Assembly (NCBI GenBank): GCA_040954595.2
Contig: CM082578.2
Location: forward strand, 11,725,166-11,789,165
Origin: Balanoglossus misakiensis
Taxonomy: Eukaryota; Animalia; Hemichordata
Length of the DNA: 64,000 nucleotides
Direction of reading: 5' to 3'
The stretch's first letter is position 1, and each line of letters begins with the position of its first letter. Of the stretch, positions 12,052 to 23,800 are shown piece after piece. Under the pieces are notes generated by a model. That model was not told the origin of the DNA. It searched no databases and saw nothing but the letters and a program-made list of their open reading frames with translations. Both the position numbers and the translations under genes were made by a program.

Positions 12052-14745
12052 GTTGTTTTGGCCTGTGTGTGTCTGTGTTCTTGCCAAGAGCAGCCTGTAT
12101 ACCCGACACATACATGTAGTTAAAAATGATGATGCATCAGTAGTGTGAGGATGCGGTGGACTGAAATACACGATGAAAACACGGAGAAAAGCAAAGCAGA
12201 GTTGCTAAAAGCAAGGTGAAACAGATGCGAGTAAACAGACAGTGTGTAAGAAATTAATCGGGAAGAATTATCAGGCAACTTGTCGAGTAGTAAAAAAAAC
12301 AACACTCTTAGAGACTACAAAACGGTGACCATTTACCAGCTCCGTGTTCGGTGATCGAATGTATCCACTGAGATATCATCCTTCATATAAGCTGTGGAAA
12401 GGAATTGTCAGGGTGACCATTCAACGAGTTAAATATGGTACCATCCAGAGAGGCGTGGTTGGAACCATATACAGCAGGTAGCTTAGCTAGGAATGAAAGG
12501 TCATCCATTGCCACCAAAATTCTCTCGCCTGTAGTCTGCAATTTTTTTTTCTTGAATAGATATCTCAGAATTTGAATATCAAATTCACCGCAAATAGTTT
12601 ACTGTACGAGATCAGCTATTGCAGAGTTATAAATAATTTAGACTGTAAGTAGGAATGCGCAAAAACATTTCAAAATGTAAAGAAGCGTCATGACAATTAA
12701 ATGTTATGCAATAGACAAATATCAGAAATATTGTTATTGTTAATGTAAAATCCCGTCTGATTTTATAACAAAGTGATATTCGACTTCAGTGTGCAAGATT
12801 TAAAACACACATTCGGTGTTATACCCTTACCACCACATTTTGTGTGACCGACACCTTTTGTTAGTGACACGCATCACCATTATCAGAAATAGTGTGTTTT
12901 GGACTGTTTTTCGGTCAAAATAGATCAAACTTCAAGTTAGGCTCTTTTACAGAAGCTCACATTGAAGCTCTTTTAATAGCGAGTATGCCACGTAGAGTTA
13001 AAGGCAGCATAATGTCATTTTTTTTACAAGGCTAGATAGCATAGTGTTATGAGAATAAACTGAAAAAGTTTTTTTAGTAACGCGCTATCATTTGATGCAT
13101 GATAAACTATAATGTACAAACAGTTTTGTCTATCTCTGCAAGTTTTCCTTGTATGTGTGATAAGCATGATTTCAAAAACTGAAATAAATTTGGAGCAAAG
13201 TTGCCTAAAAAGGATTTGGAGATAAAAGGGTGAAAAAAAACTTACACCCTCAACAAGGATGGTCAATAATTATGTCTTCAAATAAGCCCAAGAACTGGAG
13301 TAATTATTCCACTTTTCATCAAACAGGACGCAAGTGAACACAGTGCGTGTCTCATGCATTCCTTGGTAACTCTGACTCTATTTTGGTGACCCCCTTTTCT
13401 CTTGCACATAAACCTGTTTCATTTTTGAAAAGTGACCAACCAATAGACCAGCCTTGCATGAGTGTAAGTGAATTGTGCACATAGAAATATTGTGTGCTGA
13501 TTATCAGAGAAAGAAACCCCAAATGGTGAAAAAACACAGTAAAGATACCACCACCAAAATTTAAACGCTGTTTAATAGGCGTGCAGGTTGAATATAATAT
13601 TACGCAATGAGCCGAGGGATGCTTGCATAGCTATGCAGATAAATCAGCGGGTGCTGCACTTCATGCAGTGATTTTTAGCCATTTTTTTGCATTTTCAGAC
13701 AAGTTGGTTTCTGCCCCGAAACAGGTGATGGTGAAATATCTGACAGACCATCATGTGACACACCTATCATTTCTCTCTTGTGCGAATTTGCATGATAGTG
13801 CTTGATTTCAATAGCATTGGCCAGATCATTTCTTATTTTCACATGTGGTTCTACACACATAATTTTTTTTTTAGAAAATAACATCCAACTCGAATTTTGA
13901 AGTTCAATTTTTGAAGTTCAATTCTTTTCAGCGGTATAATACCAAAAGTGAGGATATAAAGCTTTATGTTTTTTTCAGTTCTGAATAAACTGACCACAGC
14001 AAAGGAAAGTTCCGATACTCAGTTTTACAAACATGTAGTTTCTGGGGTTCCAATCTTGTCTGTGATGCAAAATATGGCATTGAGAAATCATGCAGGTAAC
14101 ATGCAGCACCGTCTTAAATATAATATAAACATGCATTTGGTCAAACTACAACTAATTTAACATCTAGACACTTCACTCACAGATACTATTGACAATGTAA
14201 GTAAAACATTCACTCTAACTTCTATTCTATTTTATTCTATTTTGTTTCTTTTCTATTCTATGCATTCAATTCCATTCTTGATGTTACTGCTTTTCTTCAA
14301 AATGCAAATTTGTTATTTGCGTCTGCCAGAAATCACGCTAAATTTTCTTTTATTCTTTTATCTATCTTCATGAATTTTCAAAGTCATGTCAGTTTTATAA
14401 TACTTTATTCAGCCATGCTTTAGCAAAAAACCTACCTGGATAAGTTCTCATAAAGCCTTCACTGCTGCCAAAGTACTGCCATATAAGCTCTTTATCGTTC
14501 TGATAATTGGAAACATAAACTTCATCTATGCCACTGGTCCATTTTATACCATTGAGGATTCTTGGGTCTGTTGGAAACAGCAGAATTAATTTACATATTT
14601 AAATTGTACGCTCTTTGAACGAATCTCAGTTCAAAAAGTGGAATTTTTTCAGCTACCCCAAAAGTGAAATGCTGAAAGACTGCATGTCAGATTATTGGCC
14701 AATTACTGATCCATGATGTATCAACTGATCACACTCAATTAATCT

Positions 14746-14803
<58 letters not shown>

Positions 14804-17800
14804 CTGTCAATCAAACACACACACACACAGAATCCTATTGAAAGAATGACTTTACCTCCTTTAAAAATGTCTGTTGGTATATGCACCACACTAGCGGACA
14901 TGTTGACAGGCTGCCCGAACTGAGAACTGTCGCTCACGTTCAAATCTAAATTTTTGGCATCGTGGTATTCAACATCTTCACTCTATTTTTGGAGGGAAAG
15001 AGAAATTAACAGTCAATTCTATAAAGCTGCTATGTCCAAGAAAACTTGACTTGAATGCAGTAAATAGTGAAATTAAGGACATATTTTTTTGCTATTAAAA
15101 AGCACAAAGGTGATGTAGATGTTGAGTGTACGAATACTTGATCATCGTATGTGGCAGATACTTTTAAATCAATTAAAGAAAAAAGGAAGTTACCAAAATG
15201 TCTGGGTCATATGTGTGGTTGGTGGCTGCTTCTTCCAGATGGTCCACCAATCTCTGAAAGCAAATCAGAAAAAAACGTATTAAAATGCGCCCTCTTGTGG
15301 ATAAAATTTTGTTCGAAAAAGACGTTCATCCTGCCCAGATGGCGCCACCTATTGATGACGAGCAGCCACCGATATATCTTTTGTTTTCACGTTCCTTTCC
15401 CTCTCACGACTTTGCCCGGAGGCCGACACGAGAAAGCATGAGACTCACAGTCATTGATCCGTCATGTAGCTGTGCTAATTCAAACTTTTGCAAAATGAAA
15501 TGAGACGAATTCACAAACGGAGTGAATAACCTCGGGGCAAAAAGAGTGTTGACGTACATCAATATTCACCTGGGAGTCAAAACTGATGGCTTGGATTTTT
15601 CCTGTCACGCCAAACAAACCGTATCAAGTTTTTCAAACCATTGTCATATTGATGGGAAAAATTACACACAAAAATCCCTGGGAGACACAACACACATCCA
15701 TGTTGTGCGAAAAATCAATAAGCTGTCTGATCATATACCGAACACTGTTCACAAAGTAAAGATTTCTGGCCAAAAAAGACAAATTTTGAGTATTTAGGTT
15801 TTATTGGTTTTTGAGAGGACACAGGAGATAAAGTATTGCTGAAATGCTGGAACAGAATTCACATATTATGGTATTTCATGTTCATAGTTTGTATAAAAGA
15901 AAGACAAAAATTCTCATATTGTAATGTATGATCAAAATCCTAAATCTCTGACATCGTAGATGATGACAAATTCAATGTATTCCAGTGGGAAAAGTAAACT
16001 CAGTATAACACTATATCTCACAAACACTATATATACCATACGCACTGAAAAAAATTTGTATATTCACAGTTATATGGGGTAAAAGTTGGTAGCTTGTGCA
16101 GACACCCACATACTTTCAACAAGTTGCAGAATTTTATCCGTCAATTAGACAAAACCGCATGAAACTGTGCTGTGCTCTTTCCAACTCGCTATCGGGAACC
16201 TTCCAACTAACCTCCACGAATTAGCCACATCGTTGACTTATTGCACTGAAACCCTGTATTTCCCAGGCGAGCATTACTTCCACAGAAAAGAACACAATCT
16301 TTGTGTGCTCAGCACTAATTGGCAGTGAATCCATCAAAGCATATATATTCAAGGCATATTTTCCAACAGAAAATTGATCTTAATGAGAGAGCAATGACCT
16401 TTACACCTCCCTGAATTTGGCTATACCCTTCCAAACACAGTCGACGTCATTCCCAACAAAAAAAATTATCACCAATATGCAAGATTATTACGCGCTGTAA
16501 TTGGTTTCCTCCTTTGTCGGGTAAAAAAAACCACACCATTTCCCAAATTGAGCTTCCCTGCAATACACCAAGACTGAAGAGGTGACCTACTTCAACAAAC
16601 TGCAGCACTGCCTGCAGCATTTGTCAATACCATATGCACGGCAGTTGAACTAATCCGCCCAGTAATTTCCACTCTGTGTTTATTCCTAGATTGTGCAAGT
16701 TTCACAGTAATAACTATAATGACTGCGCATGTGGTTGGGAGTTTGTAGCCGCGAGAGCTGAAATTTTAAAATAGCGCAGCCAGCCGTGAATCTTTTATCT
16801 GTTGCTCTCTTCCTAATTCACTCAATCCATACATGTATGTGTGTATATGTGTGTGTGTATCTCATCAGACTCCACAAAAACGAACTTCTCTGGTTATTTT
16901 GTCACCCCTTGCCAAATTGAGCATGCCACCAACACAATAGGAACTCATCAGAGCCATCTAGTGATCTGCGAAAAATGCATGTTTCTTTAAAAGCAGCTTT
17001 TAACAAACAAAAGCTGTGATCTATTAAAGTGGGTGGTATCTTGTTTCAGTTCATTCCGAACCAGTGTACGTTCTCGCATGAAGAGTACAGTAGGTAGTGT
17101 TTCAACTAGTTCATAAAAGGAGAACGCCTGTGTGTACAGTTCCAATTAAAATCGCCACCTTCTAAGCTCACAATTATTAATACAACATCTACATTTACCA
17201 AATTGTATCTATATGTAGGTACACCACGTGTAATCAGTATTGATCTGTCATGGTGTTTTCTTTAATCTATATAGTACCCAGTGCGAATGTACCTGTTATG
17301 TTTTGAGAAACCACACTGAAGGTCCATTTCTACGACACCTACCCTATCACGTCGAAAAAATATAAACATGCTTGTTTCCAAAAGACCTTGATTCAATAAA
17401 TCAATTCAGATGGTTTCCTCTTGAGGTGGCAAAATCAAATTAAATATTCCAACATCACTCACACACACAACTTAATTTTCAGCCACAAAGGACCATAACT
17501 CAATATATGCAAAAAGACATCATCAAATGAATGCATCTTTTTTCCCCTCACAAAAAGACTGTGATTCAAATGAATGACTGAATACACACAGTCACTGACA
17601 AATGTTGCAGTATTCAATTAAATTGTTGTGCCAATTAAATGCAGCATGCACATGAAACGGGGACCGATGAAACAAATCAAATGATTCACTTGCTTCAGAG
17701 GACCGTGTCAACAGTTCCATTCTTGGACAAAGATTCAGTGTAAATATGCTTTCATCGGCAATCAGTCTAATCAATTTTCACTTTTTTATTAGTTCAGATG

Positions 17801-20800
17801 CATGTATATCGTAGCACATCGCAAAAAAATATGATGTTCAGGTGTCTCCTCGTCACCAGCCCTTCTTCTGTTATTTGAGGTGTGAAACAAATATTTTATT
17901 TTTAATTTTAAGATACCACACCTCATACACTTGAAACAGTACAAATAGGTTCATACATGTATCAACCAATTGTGACCAGAATAACTTCTGGTTGATTCAT
18001 CACGACAGACTGTTTCCATATACATTAAAAGGCCCGTAAACAGAAATACTGTCTGATATCATGGTTTGTGTATTGTGTGAGTAAAATGTTTAAAACTTCA
18101 ATTTAACATACTGTAAAATTCATAATTAAAGCTGTATCCAAATTTATAGCCACAGCCTGACTCCAAGACCTTTTATCAAATTAATTTCTGCAACTGTTAG
18201 GACCCAAATCAGTCTTTGCAACCTTTGGATTCCTCAACAAATCTAGCTTCTACCTCAAGGATATTGGTAAATCTGGATATGCAAAAAATTCTCAATTAAC
18301 GTGCAACTTCTCAGAGGAATTTTCCAGTATTGGCAGTAATAAAAAAATAACCACAAACGTTTCAACCCCAAGAGATTGACATCTGTAGTGGCCAAGACTG
18401 AACAACAGGCAACATGCACAGTCTGAGTATGCCTGAATACAATGCACGTTTTGTGGATAACATATGCTAAAACAGATACGCCATTGCCTCTTACAATCTA
18501 GATTGCAGACAGTTGCAGCTGTGCCTGCCAATAATCACTATTATTTGCAATGTTTTTCTTTAGAAAAATACACCAGCAACTGCAAAGATATCCACCAGAG
18601 TTTGCTGCGTGTTGAGTTACCATGGCAAAAGCAACTGTACATTTTTTGCACATTTGCAGCTGAGTTCATTCAAATCGGGCATGCACTTTATGACATTTGA
18701 GAATAGTTTTACCAAAATCTTGTAATACCGCTTTGAGGGCGTTTCCCAACCTCAAAATGATGACGATTAACATCTTGTCGGATGAGATGGTCCGGAAGTG
18801 TATATATACAAGCGTGGTCGCTGAGTACCAAACTCAAATTCACAGAACAAGACTAATTGCAACTTCACCGGGGAAAAAACTTAACAAATGAAACAAATAC
18901 CCAGAATGCCACTGATTTGTTATACCAATTACCATCATGCCTTGAGCAAGAGCAAGTCAAATAATCACGAGATTTCTCTTGAGACCGACAGTAAATGACA
19001 TAACACAGTTGACCCCACAATGGGGTCTTGTCGGAGCCTGCTCAGCACCATCAGAAATGTGCCCAATTAAGTTTTCCTCTTGACATGGGGTATGCTGTAT
19101 TCCTCCATCTATCATTCATTTCCAGATGATCTCCTATACTAGTAATTTTAACGGCAGAAACAGCTACCATTCACTACGGCTAGCTAACATAAACAGTGTC
19201 TATGATACACGGCCTGAGAAAAGTTTAATTGACCATTTTCTCAAGAAAGTGACAGGCAATAAGTTTGTTCAACCGTAGACGTGTATTAAGGAATTACGCT
19301 AATTAATTGGAGAATGCTTGTCTTCTCCGTAAACTACAACTGCACAGGCTATACAGGTACATACGTCAGATCAAAGTTCCAATCACCATTCTTGGCTTCC
19401 ACAGTGACGCCAGGCTCTTCAGTCAAACAAACAAACCGCAGCCTAAAGGCAGGGTACATAAGAAGCTGATAATTATAAAAAAAATTATCAGTATCGTCCC
19501 ATCAAACATCAATCAACTGTTTTCAGCTGCAGAGAACTTGCAAGTGACCTACTTTTCCCTCCTTTGAGGACTGAAAAAAAACAACACTGATGGATCTGAA
19601 CATCTCACTTCTCTAAGGCAACAGATGTTCAAACAGCTGCAAGTGTCAATCAAATGCAGCACCATACTACTCAGATCTTGGGAGCACACAGCCACCAATT
19701 GCTATAGCTGTATAACGTACATGCCGACTTTGTTAACAAATACTGAAAATGTAGAAATGATACCAATTGCAAAAAGAAATTAATTGGCTCGAAATGAATG
19801 CAGTCAGAAACAGAGTATCTCCACTACCAGATATCCTAACGTTATTATGTTTTACAATTTCATGTCATATTTGCTGCCATATTTGTATTTACCATTTAGA
19901 AATGTAGTTATTTTTAATACACCTTTCTCTTTTACTTTATGCATTCATGAACCACAGTCACGTTTCCATGGTGAAGTGATCGTGTATCGGAAACCAAGAA
20001 CAAAAAACTTTGAGGCTGAGCCTTTGCACACTTACCCAATCTTGTAATTTATTTCAAAAATAAACACAGACCTGTAAATGGTCCATACTCCCCAACAAGA
20101 CTGAAATACTGAGAAAAACCGCTGGTGATTCTTATCATGTATGGCACTTTTTTTCTGAAAGCTCACAATATACAAAGTTTGGTTCACCTCATTTACGTTT
20201 GGTCACTGTAATTTGCCAACAGGAAGCAATGTGGCACAAAATTACTGCAACAATATTTGAGGGTTATTTTGGTCAACTAATTTATGTTTCATGACATTTC
20301 GAGAGAAATTAACAGAAATTGCTTCTAATATAAAAGTCAATTACTCCTGATAAACGGCATTCTACAAAAGGTAAAGGAACAACTACCTCAAATGTTTATG
20401 TATAAATTCATTTGGCTGAGTAGAGAATATATGTCATTCAAATTGAAATTCCCTTTCATGCTTATAGTTTGTTGACAGAATATTTTTCGCACCAAGCTGA
20501 ATGCAGCAAACATTTTTTATTGTTAGTTAGGCACACAAACTCCAAATGCAAATTCCACTACAAGCCAACTCTTTTGGCAGTACATTATACTGCCGGTAAT
20601 GACGTCTGTTCAGCTCCCTGCATTGAAAAAGTTCACATCACAGCCGATAAGACCGGTTTCTCTTTACAGTAAGCTGCATTTATCTGCAATGGAGGCCTGC
20701 AACCTGCACGTGATCAACGTGCCTACGGAGAGTCGTCGCTCTCCGTGACTTTCGCAAAGGAAGCTGCGGCGGTCACACGCTGAGCTCAGCTGTTCAAGTT

Positions 20801-23800
20801 TAAAACCCAGCGGCTATACGCGTATACAAGACCGCACAGCACACACACTTCTCTCACTGTGCCGAAGCAATTCTCTTGTGTAAAAAGCAGCTGTCACGAT
20901 AAACCCACATTCTGCAGTCCGACTTGTTCGTGGTTTCAGTGACAGTGAAACGGAAAAGCTGTGCATGCTCTGCGGGTCAATCGCGCTGCACTATTCAAAG
21001 GTTAGAAATTTGATTCCAATCCAGAGACAGCCTGCGCTTTCACTGATAGCGACTGTAGTGTCTCTTGTCAATATAATCACAGCTGCTTTGTTGACTTGCT
21101 CACCTTCAGAGGGAAACACAGAGATAATTTATTCATAAAAATACATTTTGAATTCTGAAGATGCCGTCCGCTTTGACTTGGTTATTTAAAGTAACACATC
21201 TAATCTACAACAGATGCCCAAGTCTTTCACTTGATGTGCATCTATTCACTGAGTATCTGACATGATTTTCACCTAAAAATTCAGTTCTATTTCTTGTGAA
21301 AAAATATAAACGACAACATTTCTTGTTACTGCTACATGTACATCATAAAACTCATTCCTTTTTTATCTGATGACCAACACCCAAACCTCGGAAAACAACA
21401 TGTGACTTCTAGAAAGAGTCAACTTTCTATCCAGCCACGATCGTTCCCTAACAGGCCTTGATGATTAGAATAAATGGCTACAGAAACACTCTGATTAGTC
21501 TCTTCCTAGTTCCAAGAGTATTCATTCAATTGCGGCACCATAAACTACCTCTCCATGAGTTATTTCTCATGCCCACCAATCGATATCCGATGTTTCCAAA
21601 ACATGCCTACCCTGATCCTACATTGGAAATCGATCTTTGTAGCAAGTTGCATTAAAAGACCAAAGTCTCACAACTGGTAATGTAACCTTTAAAACTGAAA
21701 AACAGAATCCTTTCTGTCATTCATTCCTGTGCGAGGGAAAATTGCTAAATCCATACTGGTCAATTTGTGCACTAATATTACATACTGTGCATTGTTAGTT
21801 TGTCGCACTGCATACAGTGCATAAACATCCGACACTGAATTTTTCCTTCTAGAGCTGTTTACAACATTTGCTCAAAAGTATCCCTTTCCAATAACACGGA
21901 TGAACTCAATGGCCTTTAAGTTTCGGTACATCTGTCGTAAAGATCCGTTTTTAAAATAATTTTCTTCTATCGGCTCTCACTTTGATCTTTCTCACTTTGC
22001 CGCAGATCAATGTTAGCGAATTATTATCCATCAAATTCATTTTATAGCTGACTTTGGTACTTCAGTTAATCTCTGCACAAAACCATCCCAACCAGTTAAG
22101 TGTGGGATACATGGCAGCTGAACGTACTTCTAAATGCATAGATCTGCTTACTTGGCTATGAATTTCTCATTGGAAAGGTTCACTTCATTGTGTTGCTCAA
22201 GCTTGTAAGCAGTTTTACCGAACTTTTATCGAGAAATGATTATTATCCATAAAAAGCTGACAAACAAAACTCTAACCCTTTCACCCCATTTCTCTGCAAG
22301 AAGCATATTACCTGAATGAAAATCGTCAACCATACTAAATGTGTACTCAACTACGTGAGAGAGATAGAAAAAAGCAGATTTCTTAACAGCTTTGCACCAT
22401 CTGGCTTGGATCTACTCATTCTCCACCAATGTCAGCCGGCAAACATCACAGCCAAATTCATCTTAATGTGAATTCACTTGAACTTCTGATTATCAAGCTC
22501 CACTGCATCGGAAGGTGACACTGTGCACTCACTACGGGATACATGCATCTCTCTCACAATAGGCATCATTTGCAACGGTTGTAACATTCAAGACAGAGAC
22601 CAAAATAGACGGGACATCTTAACCGCAAAATTACGGAAACTGGCAAACAATTTGGCATGGACTACAGTGCTAAGTTAATGTTAGGTTAACATCAGTTCTT
22701 TGTAATTGCTAAATTCATTAACAGACTATTCACATATGTGATCTTTTAGTGTATTCCATTATCCATTACAAACACCTCCAATCACTATAGGTGTACATGT
22801 ACAAATGGAGTAATTCACTTGTTTGATGGTTCAGATGAATTGCAAAATCATGAAATACAACTGGCAGTTGTAGGTCATAGTTTTTTCTTGCCATTTTTTT
22901 TCAATATCGAAATTTTAGTCAATTGTCTTGTAGTTTAAAGGTGTGCACACAATACAACACCAAGAAAAGAAAGAAAAGGTACAAACAGGCATTTTCATAC
23001 GTGTATAGCATCAAAAACACGAAAGTTTCGGTAACGTACTGTACCACAGATTTGACTGGGCAGGGTGAAACCATGTATGACAGGCTATTTCAAATGAATC
23101 ATTCATTCCTGGCGACTGACTGTTCAAAAAAACAATCATAAACTATCAAACAGCATGCCTGAACAGGATTTGCTTCATGACTTTTTTCGTTCCAACATAA
23201 AATACTGACCTCAACCGTGACGTGGGATATGAGCCATTAGCTTTGAGATCAAGCTGATCTAAATTGTTTCTTGTCATCACATGTTCAACAAAAAATCATG
23301 TCGCAGCTATTATGCCTAGTCTTGTAAATACATGTATCTGATGCATGTTTGGATGTTTTGATGTTATCCTGAATTAAGGACACTGGTTTCATGTTCAATG
23401 CATTTTTTAATCTAGGCATTTTTGTTACCACAAAAACATCAGGATTTGGGGGTCAAGAAACTGCTTTCAATTTTATCAAGCCTTTCCAATATATATAGCA
23501 AAATTTATGTTTATTGCTCCAATTAATCAACTACACAGAAGTTTTAAATCAAGTCGTCGCATTCCGATTGCTTGATTACATGTGTTTGCAGTGATGTGTA
23601 CACGGCATGTAAGCAATATCAAAGGAAAGTCATAACTGTCTCCTGTGAGAGAAAAATATAGTTTTCGTAGTGTTGACAGTATTTCCTCTCCAGCTGAAGT
23701 CACAAATCAATGTCATTGTCGCTACCACAATCTTTGAGTTGCCGTACATAAGTATGAAACTTCAGTGTTGTAGTAAAAACAGGCCCACCTTGTTCTTCAA

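Noticed and set aside
12998-13950. Possible TTAA-flanked (Kolobok-like) DNA element starting ttaaaggcagcat
   Set aside because: No matching right terminal repeat could be identified.
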